Assembly (NCBI GenBank): GCA_034189385.1
Contig: JAXHVD010000009.1
Coordinates: forward strand, 1 to 64,000
Origin: Thermodesulfobacteriota bacterium
GTDB taxonomy: Bacteria > Desulfobacterota > Desulfobacteria > Desulfobacterales > C00003060
Reading direction: 5' to 3'
DNA length: 64,000 bases
A model generated the notes under the pieces. That model was not told the DNA's origin. It saw nothing but the letters and a program-made list of their open reading frames with translations, and searched no databases. Below are positions 1-9,754 of the stretch, piece after piece; within the stretch, counting starts at the first letter, position 1, and the number at the start of each line of letters is the position of its first letter. The position numbers and the translations under genes are program-made.

Positions 1-92
1 ACACCTTCTGAAATCTCCCGGCTGTCGACACTCGGTTTCGACGATAGATCAATATAAAGGGAATCTGTATCAGGATGATATTTCAGCTTCAT
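1..92 (-). CDS. DUF2283-like putative antitoxin (3' end runs off window)
   Basis: Manual translation gives MKLKYHPDTDSLYIDLSSKPSVDSREISEG; its ATG overlaps the TGA of the upstream gene (ATGA). Confidence 0.75.
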   Translation of the reverse strand, partial: MKLKYHPDTDSLYIDLSSKPSVDSREISEG

Positions 93-337
93 GGCTTGAA
101 TCTCCTGTCTGGAAAAGCATTATGAATCGTCACCTTGTCAGATAGGGTAACCACCCGGAGGATGCGTCCTTCCAATTCTTCAATCTCTCCCCAGAAACGG
201 AAGCGGTTGCCCTCTTGCTCTTCAACACGAAGTGGATGCTCAATAACCCGAATACACCACTCTTCCTTCAGGTAGGGTCGCTTTCGCAGCACCTCATTTT
301 TGAAGTAGTTCGTGTAATGGTATTCCTGCACGGTCAT
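89..337 (-). CDS. DUF4258/BrnT-like putative toxin
   Basis: 82 aa, C-terminal LRVVT..D..TIHNAFPDR; translationally coupled to the DUF2283-like gene. Confidence 0.65.
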   Translation of the reverse strand: MTVQEYHYTNYFKNEVLRKRPYLKEEWCIRVIEHPLRVEEQEGNRFRFWGEIEELEGRILRVVTLSDKVTIHNAFPDRRFKP

Positions 338-1070
338 GGTTATAGATCAGCCGATAATCCAAACGACATCAACTGGTTGCGCCATCAAGCCTTAGTAGCA
401 CGCCCGTACTAATCCAAAACTATCAACATCTGTGGGTATTGTAAAGGATGGGTTTCAGTCGGAAGGAAAGGCAAGACCATTCCAAGGTGAACCCCTTGCC
501 TCAAACGCCAAAACTGCAAAACTGAAGGGCGTCCCGCAAATTTCACTCAGACTGGACCATATGCAACCCGTTGGGCGAAGCCAAGATTCAATAGCCTTCA
601 CCAACTACTGTCTCACCAGGCGGGCGTTGCTGCTTCTTGATGAATGGATAGGTTGGCTTTTTTCAGGCACTCTGGATAGAAAGACCAACTTGCGTGAGAT
701 TAGAGACGTATTGCTGGACGAAGCCTGACGGAACTGCTGAATACTGGTGGGAAAGACCTCTATCCAGATCACTTGAGACCTGAAGCGAGTGAGATGAGCT
801 CTTGTCACCTGTCTCCGATTCTCCCGCTCTCGGCTTCCCCGGTTCCCCTTGTCTCTCTTCCGTCGCCTGTCATCTGACTCCTGACTTCCGCCCTTTCCCC
901 CCTCACCTCAAGTCCGGCTAGTCAAGGATGTCCCAAAAGTCCTGCAACGGACGGGCCATGGAACCACCCCCTTGATATGGAAGATGCTATGGATTGAAGG
1001 AGCCGGTCAGCTTCTGGGATGTGACTTCAGTTCTTGGGCCCGATAGCTGAGTGCTTCTTTGAAAGGCAGG

Positions 1071-1121
1071 ATAATCTGGCCGGAAGAAAATGTCAATAAT
1101 TAATAATTAAGATGCGACCCT
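1071..1121 (+). repeat. ~50-bp direct repeat, copy 1 (copy 2 at 2556-2606), flanking the ATPase gene
   Basis: gataatctggccggaagaaaatgtcaataattaataattaagatgcgaccct is present twice. Confidence 0.9.
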
Positions 1122-1185
1122 CACCCTGCCGTCTCTCCCTTTCTCCGGCTCTAGCCTCTGCCCCTGCGCCTTTTGTCCCTGGGCT

Positions 1186-2358
1186 TCATACCTCATGGGG
1201 GAGCCTTTCTGCAAAGGATCGCCACCCCAATACCTGCCCCTCTTGCCGCTTCTGATCCGCGTCGCCGCCATACACAAGATACCCTTTGCCCGGTGGGGTG
1301 TCGGATATCTTGTACCAGTACTTGAGCCCCTTAAAAAAATCTCCTGTCACGGTCTGTCCGGACTTGATCTCAAGGGGCAATAACCGGGATCCTTGGTCGA
1401 TGACGCAGTCAATCTCATGGCCTACGTTGTCTCGCCAGAAATATATGTTTTCCCTAAGCCCCCTATTGAGCCTTCCCTTGAGAAGTTCATTAACAACCCA
1501 TGTCTCGAATACGTGCCCCTTCATAGCATGAATGGCCAAGCTTTGAGGGCTGTCGATTCCAAGGAGAAAACACAGGAGGCCGGGATCGTAGAAATAGAGT
1601 TTTGGGCTCTTTACAAGTCGTTTATTGAAATTCCTGTGATGGGGCCTCAAGACAAAGACAATAAAGCTGGCCTGAAGCACCGATAACCATGATCGAGCCG
1701 TGTTGTGGGTGATGCCGCAGTCATCTCCCAGGCTTGAAAGATTGAGTATTTGTCCGGACCGGGCCGCACACATTTTCATGAAGAGCTGGAAGCGATCAAG
1801 GTCCGTAATACTCTTTACCATCCGCACATCCCTTTCAAGATAGGTGGTCACATAGTTCGCGTACCACTCATGGGGGGGCAACTTTTTATCGTATATCCTC
1901 GGATAGAGACCCGTAAAGAGAAGCTCCTGAAGCCCTCCAGGTGCCTCACCAGCGTGATTCAGTTCGGCAAGGGAAAAAGGAAGAAGATTCAAAAGGGCTA
2001 CACGTCCGGCCAATGACTGGCTGATCCCCTCCATGAGCCCCAGATTAAACGAACCGGTCAGGATGTAGAGGCCTTCGCCTCCGATGTCATCCACCTTCGT
2101 CTGAATATAGGAAAACAGGTCCGGGACACGCTGGATTTCGTCAAATATGGATCCTACAGGATAGGTGGAGAGAAATCCCCTCGGATCAGTTGAAGCAAAT
2201 TCACGTGTGTCTGGATCCTCAAGGGAAAGATAGGGCCTTTCAGGGAAGACGTATTTGACTAGTGTGGTCTTTCCCGATTGTCGGGGACCGGTGATGGCCA
2301 TTACTGGATACTGGCTAACGAGTCCCTTCAGCTTGTGGGAGATTATTCTCTCAAACAT
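1186..2358 (-). CDS. AAA+ ATPase (AAA_14 + DUF4143)
   Basis: Walker A GPRQSGKTT, Walker B DEIQ, ILTGS, KSPKLYFYDPGL, C-terminal FWRD..EID..EIKS. Confidence 0.9.
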   Translation of the reverse strand: MFERIISHKLKGLVSQYPVMAITGPRQSGKTTLVKYVFPERPYLSLEDPDTREFASTDPRGFLSTYPVGSIFDEIQRVPDLFSYIQTKVDDIGGEGLYILTGSFNLGLMEGISQSLAGRVALLNLLPFSLAELNHAGEAPGGLQELLFTGLYPRIYDKKLPPHEWYANYVTTYLERDVRMVKSITDLDRFQLFMKMCAARSGQILNLSSLGDDCGITHNTARSWLSVLQASFIVFVLRPHHRNFNKRLVKSPKLYFYDPGLLCFLLGIDSPQSLAIHAMKGHVFETWVVNELLKGRLNRGLRENIYFWRDNVGHEIDCVIDQGSRLLPLEIKSGQTVTGDFFKGLKYWYKISDTPPGKGYLVYGGDADQKRQEGQVLGWRSFAERLPHEV

Positions 2359-2555
2359 GGAGAGAGGATGGCACGCAAATTACAAATTGTCAATTAGAAT
2401 TACAAATTGTAGGACTTTGGGGGGCTTCGTTTGGAGGCCTTAAACCCGCCTTTTCACCCCCCAAAAGGGTCTTCTAAGCCGTGAAACGACCCCATTTCTG
2501 AGTCTTCACTGTGTTATATTAATTGGTTAGCTTGGTCCGACCCGTAAACCAGACG

Positions 2556-2606
2556 ATAATCTGGCCGGAAGAAAATGTCAATAATTAATAATTAAGATGC
2601 GACCCT
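2556..2606 (+). repeat. ~50-bp direct repeat, copy 2
   Basis: Matches 1071-1121; followed by the tandem duplication ctgagcttttcct x2. Confidence 0.9.
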
Positions 2607-2749
2607 GAGCTTTTCCTCTACTGAGCTTTTCCTAACGCACCATTGTGAAATCATGGAAACCGGAAACGACAGCTGGAGGATGAAACACCGATCCTCTTAA
2701 AAGAACTCTTCGGCTTGTCGTATGTTTACTAACTGAGTTTTTTTGCCCA

Positions 2750-2781
2750 GGGGGTGGGTCAATTTTGAATGCCGATTGACA
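2750..2781 (+). mobile_element. Solitary IS21-family-like terminal inverted repeat
   Basis: ggtgggtcaattttgaatgccgattgaca resembles IS21 ends (TG...CA with AAAATTGACCCA); no istA/istB seen. Confidence 0.55.
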
Positions 2782-2852
2782 TGCTGATTTTCCAGTTTTT
2801 TCAGTTTTGCCATTTTTCACTTGACGGGAGGAATATAGGATGTCCCTCAAAT
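2781..2852 (+). repeat. Direct repeat flanking the TIR gene (second copy at 4240-4312)
   Basis: atgctgattt...ttttgcc.ttttt.acttgacgg.ag.aatatag.atgtccc.caaatt in both copies; the core gtcccgcaaattt also occurs near 531. Confidence 0.8.
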
Positions 2853-2877
2853 TGTACAAATTGGATGCTTGGATGTC

Positions 2878-3945
2878 TTAGACAATTTCAACTTTAAGAT
2901 TGTCTACATAATAGGGACGAAATCCTCCGCCATGCACAACAACTCGGTCAAATGAGCTGTAGCTATTATCTGGGTTACTACTAAAGCCTAGAAGTTCATT
3001 TCCCGAGTCGTCATAAATACGTAAATCAAAAACCCCATCGGTCTTTATGTGGAATTCGAACTGATACCACTTGTCTTCAGGAATCTCAATTGCATGGTTA
3101 GGACTTATGCGGCGGTGGCGTCCTCTATCCCTTCTTTCGATCCAGGCAATATTATTGCCATGAAGCAGACCGAATCCGTAACCGTTAAATTCAGAGTTTT
3201 CTATGGCTAGCCGGTCACCAAGACCTGCAGGAAGGGTAGATGGACGGTAAATGGCGCCTGAGAAAACCAACCCAAGCCCCGCGCTTCTTGTCATCTTCTT
3301 GTATCCCCCCGAGGGATCATTTGCTCTGTATTTCTTCAGACTGAAGTTCCCGGTCTTTATCCCAGTAGTGAAGGAAAAATTACGAGATTGAGTTACTTGA
3401 CCCTTTTCGAAAGGCTTCCAACCAAGGAAGTGTTCGAAATTGTCGTAGAAGAGAACCCGATCTCCCAGCGAGGATGACATCCCCTTTGCAGGTAAAGGAC
3501 CAAGCTTTTTGATTAACTGTTGGATCTTATTGCAGGCCGGGCCTAAGGCAGCCTCAAGGTTTCCGTTCGCACGGTTTGGATTGAATCTTCCGGTCGTAAT
3601 TCCGATAAGGTCAGTAGGTAAATGAAAATCCTTAGTCTCTCTGGGCATTATGATGAAACTTCGTTCTCTTCCGAGTCTACCGATGAATAGCCCAAGCTCA
3701 AAGACGACATTATCTCTTACAGCCCTATGTTCTTCATCCCGGACTTTCGTAACATCGTCCGGTGTAAATATGAATATGCCAAAATCAGACTTGCCTAGTT
3801 CATTCAATAATGATTCTAGGGCATACTCGGATAATTGAAATATTCCTTCATCCCATACTGTGACTTCAGCATAATCCTCTAATCTAGCTTGGGCAGCATA
3901 GGCGACCTCTTTAGCCTCCGAAGATGACGCAACAAATAATCTCAC
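2878..3945 (-). CDS. TIR-like nucleotide-binding domain (CAP12/Pycsar type) fused to a C-terminal beta-rich domain
   Basis: RLFVASSSE, W..G.F, DFGIFIFTPDD, RDNVVFELGLFIG, LPTDL.G; GTG start at 3945 follows a GGAGG RBS. Confidence 0.85.
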   Translation of the reverse strand: MRLFVASSSEAKEVAYAAQARLEDYAEVTVWDEGIFQLSEYALESLLNELGKSDFGIFIFTPDDVTKVRDEEHRAVRDNVVFELGLFIGRLGRERSFIIMPRETKDFHLPTDLIGITTGRFNPNRANGNLEAALGPACNKIQQLIKKLGPLPAKGMSSSLGDRVLFYDNFEHFLGWKPFEKGQVTQSRNFSFTTGIKTGNFSLKKYRANDPSGGYKKMTRSAGLGLVFSGAIYRPSTLPAGLGDRLAIENSEFNGYGFGLLHGNNIAWIERRDRGRHRRISPNHAIEIPEDKWYQFEFHIKTDGVFDLRIYDDSGNELLGFSSNPDNSYSSFDRVVVHGGGFRPYYVDNLKVEIV

Positions 3946-4239
3946 TTTTACTGGACCTCCTGATAGACAGGTCCTACAAAACGCCAAACCCCGCCTCTTC
4001 TCATGGGAAACGGGGTTTCAGCATTTAGTCCATTCCACCTCTTCCCTGTTGAAACCGCCCTAGTAACACACACCTCTGTCACACTGACATATTCCCCAAT
4101 CTCTGCTCAAGAATAACCAAACCACTTGCAGCATCCATAAGCGTACCATGTATCGTGTGGTTGGCTTTAGTGAGAGATTCGCCGAAAACTATACCAAAAA
4201 ACAACAGGACCAGTGTGTCCTCAAAATGGCCAGCTTATG

Positions 4240-4312
4240 ATGCTGATTTTATGACACTTTCCTTTTTGCCTTTTTTTACTTGACGGCAGAAATATAGAAT
4301 GTCCCGCAAATT
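4240..4312 (+). repeat. Direct repeat flanking the TIR gene, copy 2
   Basis: See 2781-2852. Confidence 0.8.
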
Positions 4313-4354
4313 TCCACACAGATCTGCATAGCAGGATGTTCCCATGGTCCCGCA

Positions 4355-5521
4355 CTAGATTGTTGATAGTTCCCCGCACAATTTCATAACAAATTCTTTA
4401 GGTGCGTCCCCGAACTTCTTCTCCCAACGGCTGACGATTTCTCTGTAATTGTCCAACGAATCGACCGCCTCACTCAGCTCGAACACCTTTTCAAAATAAT
4501 AACTGAACCCATCAAAAAGCCCTTCTCTTTCACGTCGAAACACAAGAATTGGCAGTTTACTCACACTGCGATACGAAGAAACCATCATTTCATTTTCAAA
4601 AGCTATTATGCGCCATGATGCCGTTTGGTGACTCAGACGCACCTCCAGGTCGCAGTAATCGCACAGTTTGAATATTTCTTCAACCGTCTCATAGTGGCTC
4701 CTGATGACCGGTTCAGAGGCCTTCGGATTAGGTATTTCCATGATTCGCCTTGTTCTCTCAAGATTTAGAATCGGATTGAACACTATGATTTTAACTTGTT
4801 TCTTTCTCAGGGAAAGCTCATTCTTTCCTATTCCCCGGAAGAGTGAATAAAATGGTTCTCTCTGATCGCCAAACAGCGTGAGCCCCCTCGAGGTAAGAAT
4901 CTTCAGTTCACTTGAGTCTGGAAAATTTCTTTCTATCAATTCAGCGAACTCGGCCCTGTGCATATTCTTAATGAAATTTGCAAAACCGAGCACTGCCGTC
5001 TTTTCTTGAGAAACCTGATATTCAGCGACTTGTCGCTCTTTAATCTTTGAATACTCCCGCAATTCATCAAGATTTCGCAAAAGCCCTTTTATCGTCTCTG
5101 CAGAAGTCCTCTTTTCCGTTTCGCACGTGTGTATTCGCTTCTTTACATGGTTTATACAACCAACCTCGACCTTGAGATCTAATATCTCACCCTCCTTGGC
5201 CCTTAGTTCTGCTGTGAGCTTATCTAGCCGCGAAAGTAACCCGACGCCCTGTTCCTCGTACTGTTTCAGATGATCGACTTCAATCCGACAACTTTTCAAT
5301 TGCCCGACGAGACTAGAAAGAGCCGTTAGTCCTATCACATACGAGCCTAAGGCTGCCGCGCCGCATAAGTAGAACCACAAACCTTTAACTCCCATAGAAG
5401 CGATATATGCAGCGACCAAACTACTAAAAATACCCATCAAAATAGTGGCAACAACAGTCGGAAGGTGTTGGTTATGCTGAAAGGAGGCGGTGGAGTAATT
5501 TTTGCCAGTTGTTTGCTTCAT
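4355..5521 (-). CDS. Membrane protein: 2 TM + coiled coil + DUF5919-like C-terminal domain
   Basis: Two hydrophobic N-terminal helices and a heptad region, then VKIIVFNP...VRL...P...LF..F..YFEKVF; AGGAGG RBS. Confidence 0.6.
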   Translation of the reverse strand: MKQTTGKNYSTASFQHNQHLPTVVATILMGIFSSLVAAYIASMGVKGLWFYLCGAAALGSYVIGLTALSSLVGQLKSCRIEVDHLKQYEEQGVGLLSRLDKLTAELRAKEGEILDLKVEVGCINHVKKRIHTCETEKRTSAETIKGLLRNLDELREYSKIKERQVAEYQVSQEKTAVLGFANFIKNMHRAEFAELIERNFPDSSELKILTSRGLTLFGDQREPFYSLFRGIGKNELSLRKKQVKIIVFNPILNLERTRRIMEIPNPKASEPVIRSHYETVEEIFKLCDYCDLEVRLSHQTASWRIIAFENEMMVSSYRSVSKLPILVFRREREGLFDGFSYYFEKVFELSEAVDSLDNYREIVSRWEKKFGDAPKEFVMKLCGELSTI

Positions 5522-6677
5522 AACACCTCCTATTTTCCCTGACAGCGCTTGGGATCCATGTGCATTTTAGAACTTTCTCTACATAGTCTTTCAAGAATCG
5601 GGAATTGACGGCTTGGGTGACCAATCCGGAGACATACAGCTTTCTGTGATCAATGCCTAGTTTAAGCAACTCGTCAACAATCGAATACGTGGACTCAATA
5701 CCATGTTTAGCGGCCGCCACCGCGCACGTATTAGAGTATACATTCAGTAGCCCCTTCAATATCATCAAATTCGGGACCTGGTGTAGATTACCTGCTATTT
5801 CAACTATTGCCATGTCCGCACGATTACTCCAGGCATGATATACAAGAAAGGAAAGGCTTCTGGCCACAAACTCTAAGAGATTATCCACGGTATGCGAAGA
5901 GGGATACCCCAAATCGGTGAAATCTCCCGCTTGGCTAAGGGTCTCCAGTGGAACTCGGCCCCCAAGCTTTTCAAAACTCGTGTCTTCACAACAGACTTTA
6001 ACCAAATCCCTTACTCTCGGACCGCCTGTAATTTTTTGATAAACATACTGGTACCCCATCTGGCCAACACATCGAGCGATTTGCCTGCAACACTCTGTCT
6101 TGCCACACTCCGTGTCGTCTCCCACAACTACTATCAACGGGACACGATAAGTGATTGTAGGCGTACCCCTGTCTTCAGCCGGATAATCGCTCAAACGGCA
6201 AGATTTTCCATCATAACCCACTAAACGTCCAAGTAGCATCAATTTGGCAGGCTGCTCGGAACAACATGAATAGTTCAGTATTCCAACCAAATTGAAGTTG
6301 CCAAGATTCCAAACCAACTGCCCGGGACGCATGAGAGCGTTCAGCTGACCCGTTAGAGGATTGGTATGCCCACCAGCGCACGCTTTAGTCGAAAACCTAT
6401 TACCCACAACCGATAGCAAGGGTGCGGTTGAGAGAGGGATCTCGTTCTTGACAAGAAGAGTCTCTCCCTCCCTCATTAGTCTTTCTCCATAGTTTATCAC
6501 GTTCCCCAGCTGTTTCCTCTGAGGGGGCTCGAATGGAATCGCCTCAACCAACACTATATCTCCGGCTGCCACGTGTGCTTCAGTGTCAATTGCGAACAGA
6601 TCGTTCTCAGAAGCTTTGACAAAGTTTCTAAGGATGGATGGAACAAATATATTACTCAGGTCGATAGTTATTTCCAT
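5472..6677 (-). CDS. DUF1611-like P-loop NTPase
   Basis: VVGDDTECGKT, KITG...RD, DFTDLGYPS, IVEIAG motifs; overlaps both neighbours. Confidence 0.65.
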   Translation of the reverse strand: MEITIDLSNIFVPSILRNFVKASENDLFAIDTEAHVAAGDIVLVEAIPFEPPQRKQLGNVINYGERLMREGETLLVKNEIPLSTAPLLSVVGNRFSTKACAGGHTNPLTGQLNALMRPGQLVWNLGNFNLVGILNYSCCSEQPAKLMLLGRLVGYDGKSCRLSDYPAEDRGTPTITYRVPLIVVVGDDTECGKTECCRQIARCVGQMGYQYVYQKITGGPRVRDLVKVCCEDTSFEKLGGRVPLETLSQAGDFTDLGYPSSHTVDNLLEFVARSLSFLVYHAWSNRADMAIVEIAGNLHQVPNLMILKGLLNVYSNTCAVAAAKHGIESTYSIVDELLKLGIDHRKLYVSGLVTQAVNSRFLKDYVEKVLKCTWIPSAVRENRRCYEANNWQKLLHRLLSA

Positions 6678-8278
6678 CCCGATTCCAACTTGTCTTCAAA
6701 TGTCAGGCCATATATATCACTCCAATTTGCCACGAAAGGCGACTTTTCCGGCTCGTGCGAGTGATATATTCTCCAGCGGATAGATTCAAATGATAGGTTC
6801 TCAAATAGATAGGGATGTTCTTTCCTTAGCCACTTCTTTGCAGCTTTTCGCGATCCGCTTTCTACAATTGCTGTTAGAAGGAGATTTATACATACGCCTG
6901 CCTGGCTGATGTCGAATGCTCGGGCGGTTTGGAAAATCTCGTTTATGGACTTGAGGGTCATCCGCTTCCTCTCCCCAAATGGGAGCCCACTCAATTCGTC
7001 AAAAGGAATAGTCTTTCCTTCTCCCCTGCCAAGTGTTATGTGATATTTATGAGGTCGTTCGAATATTTGGCAGCCTTGCTGGATGTAGAACGGATTGATA
7101 CGAATGCTGTCTATTGAATCATGGTTTCGCTCAACAAAACGACGGGTCAGGATGACATCTTCATCCGTCTCGTGGGGAAACCCGGCTATGATGTTGACCT
7201 GAGTCCACACCCCCGCAGTGTGGGCCATCCGGATAGTCCTCTCTGCTTCCTTAACTGTGAAAGGCTTCTTCATCCTTCGCAGAAGTGAAGGGCTCGCACT
7301 TTCCAGCCCGAAACGGAGGATTTTGCAGCCACTCCGGACCATCCGATCTATTAGCACCTCAGAGATCCGAGATGGGGTGGCATAAGCATACCACCGCAGA
7401 TCCGGGTCTGCCTCGGCAAGCCTCTCGTAAAGAGCAAGAGAATACGTGGTGTCAAGATTGACTGCGTTCGTCAGCATGTTGCACATATTTGCTTTTGCGC
7501 TCCTAGCTGACTGAGAGACTGACAACACAACTTCGTCAACCGGTCGTGCCCAATATGTTTCTTTATGTCTTATGCAGAAGGAGCATTTTCCTGTACAGCC
7601 GTCATCAATTCGGTGATGCAGTATTAGATGCTCAGCTCTTGATCTATACATGTGCTTAGCGGCTTTGGTATAGTGACACAGCTGGGCATCATCGTAATAG
7701 GGAATTGAGACAGTTCTGTCTTGTTGCTTTCTATCGGTCAGTATCTCCAGTTGTTTAGGCAGAGACGCAACTTTTCCTGTCAGCAGTCTATCACACATTT
7801 CGACAAACACCTTCGTCGCCGGGCTTAAGAAAAGATAGTCAAAGGCTTGGGACTCTCTCACTAAATCGATATTGTTCGAGGCATAACAACCGCCCAGTGA
7901 GGTCACATAACCCATGGCTCTCAACTGGCAACCAAGGCGCACAGCGGAATAGAACTGTCTTTGTCCCATCACGGAAAAGGATATCATTCTCACATCGTTG
8001 AGCGGCAACAGTCTGACCACATCCAGCACAACATCATTGAGGCATGGGAGACCGTTCTTTTTAGGTAAGGAACTGGCCTCACACGGCTGAGACAGGAGGT
8101 CTATTGGTAATGGACGGACGGCGCCATCAATGATTCTGTTATACGCAAGGATCTCCAGATCAACAGTCTCAACGCCAATCGATCTCCTTCGTAACATGCC
8201 CGCGAGTTCAGCTATTCCCAAAGGGGGCATAGGTGTTATCCTGACCCACCCCGGAGGATAAACCAATAAAATCTTCAT
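6668..8278 (-). CDS. B12-binding radical SAM protein
   Basis: MKILLVYPP..PPLGIA N-terminus, CTGKCSFC (CxxxCxxC), GLESAS, IAGFPHET. Confidence 0.88.
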   Translation of the reverse strand: MKILLVYPPGWVRITPMPPLGIAELAGMLRRRSIGVETVDLEILAYNRIIDGAVRPLPIDLLSQPCEASSLPKKNGLPCLNDVVLDVVRLLPLNDVRMISFSVMGQRQFYSAVRLGCQLRAMGYVTSLGGCYASNNIDLVRESQAFDYLFLSPATKVFVEMCDRLLTGKVASLPKQLEILTDRKQQDRTVSIPYYDDAQLCHYTKAAKHMYRSRAEHLILHHRIDDGCTGKCSFCIRHKETYWARPVDEVVLSVSQSARSAKANMCNMLTNAVNLDTTYSLALYERLAEADPDLRWYAYATPSRISEVLIDRMVRSGCKILRFGLESASPSLLRRMKKPFTVKEAERTIRMAHTAGVWTQVNIIAGFPHETDEDVILTRRFVERNHDSIDSIRINPFYIQQGCQIFERPHKYHITLGRGEGKTIPFDELSGLPFGERKRMTLKSINEIFQTARAFDISQAGVCINLLLTAIVESGSRKAAKKWLRKEHPYLFENLSFESIRWRIYHSHEPEKSPFVANWSDIYGLTFEDKLESGWK

Positions 8279-8766
8279 TCTACTTCTTGTCGTATGCAAA
8301 CATAGCCAAATGCGTTGTCAAAACCTTAGGACCTCATCCCGTTCTTCGGATCGTTTCCGCCACTCTCAGACGCCGACTGCCTCAAGTAACTAATAGCCTT
8401 ATTATCTCATGTCGGCGAGGAGGTATGCACTCTAGCCTATAAGGAAGAATCCTGTGATTGTCCTTCGTGCACACTCCTCACCGCTTACTCTCCCCATTTG
8501 AAGAGTCAGCAAAATGTAGATCCAGCTGGAAACCGAGCCTCGCTCGATGAATACTGCCACCCAAAGATCGGTCAGACGAGCAAAATAAAGGTCCGGTAGC
8601 ATTGCCTGGTTCCTGGCTAATTATGGATCGCCCGTTGCTGAATGCTCAGCGAAACAAACTCTGAGTTCAGTTGCCACTCCACAGTTTGGGAATGAGCATG
8701 CCAGAAGCAGTCCCGGCGGCCATTCCTAGTGAAGCTTCCTTTTCTGAAAACGAGGCCGAGGAGTTG

Positions 8767-9696
8767 CTATGCAAAGGGCTCACGATTAAAAATAGTGCCA
8801 TGCCATGAGTCAGGCCATGTCCCATTGCAGGTCTCCTTTTCGCGGCACCCCCGGCAGTCTTCGGCAAACCGCCTTCCAAGCAGTCCGTCAAAAAGTAACA
8901 ATCTGTTCTCGAATTGATGAGCAAAGTCAACTAAAAACCGATCCTTCCAAAGCTCCTGAAGGTGGTGATGTGGTCTAAGGAAGCATTTCGGGAGCCCTTG
9001 AAATGTGACGTTAATCCCGGCCGCTTCACAAACACGGACAATTACATCGATCGTCTCTTTCAGTTGGTGCCTATCTAGGAGCAATAGGGAGTTATTCTCG
9101 GATCCTGTACTGCCTAACGGGAATGGGTAGGTAAACAACATAGTTCGCACGCCTGTATCAACCAACCTCTGGATAATCCGCGGTAATGTGGTACAGTTTT
9201 CCGACAAGATCAATGTGTTTGTCCTGACAGCCACCCCCTCTCTCAATAGTCTTTCAATACACTTGTCCGTAACGCTAGAATGGCCACCTACGCGATGATA
9301 TGAAATCATGATTCTGTCGATCAATCTGCATAATCCTTGGATTTGACTGAACAGCATTTTGCCCGCATACGTGTGTAAGTAAATACTTCCAACACCCGTA
9401 TCCCTGGCGAAGCCTATCAGATGACACAGCCCCTTATACTCAGAAGGTTCACCCCCTGAAAACACTACTTCCCTTATGTTGTACTTATTAAGAAAATACG
9501 CTATGTTCTTCTTCACCATCTCAGAAGTCATGGAGGGCATTGAACGCCTATTGGAAAAGAGACAGAAAGAACACCTGAGCCTACATGAATAGGTCATCTT
9601 TATCTCCAGTGAATCTCTACTCAGATCGTCTCGCTTCCTTTTAAACCCATTTGCACTGAGCTTATTCAGCATCGGCGTTTTTAATCCATTACTCAA
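8767..9696 (-). CDS. Radical SAM protein with C-terminal Cys cluster (twitch/SPASM-like, HxsC-like)
   Basis: CRLRCSFC, FSGGEP, GLPKC and CRGCREKETCNG; start codon uncertain. Confidence 0.85.
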   Translation of the reverse strand: MSNGLKTPMLNKLSANGFKRKRDDLSRDSLEIKMTYSCRLRCSFCLFSNRRSMPSMTSEMVKKNIAYFLNKYNIREVVFSGGEPSEYKGLCHLIGFARDTGVGSIYLHTYAGKMLFSQIQGLCRLIDRIMISYHRVGGHSSVTDKCIERLLREGVAVRTNTLILSENCTTLPRIIQRLVDTGVRTMLFTYPFPLGSTGSENNSLLLLDRHQLKETIDVIVRVCEAAGINVTFQGLPKCFLRPHHHLQELWKDRFLVDFAHQFENRLLLFDGLLGRRFAEDCRGCREKETCNGTWPDSWHGTIFNREPFA

Positions 9697-9754
9697 GAAC
9701 GGCTAAAATGGCCACAGAACTATCAACGATGTGGGCCACGAGTCCTGGCTGAAA

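Noticed and set aside
432..808. Short ORFs between the first TA pair and the ATPase
   Set aside because: No recognisable motifs or RBS; possibly decayed fragments
8417..8442. GAGGAGGT-ATG on the plus strand
   Set aside because: Only a 5-aa ORF, RBS spacing too short, antisense to the cluster
8767..9696. Complete His-Xaa-Ser (Hxs) system
   Set aside because: The enzyme is only HxsC-like; no HxS-repeat precursor, HxsB or HxsD was found
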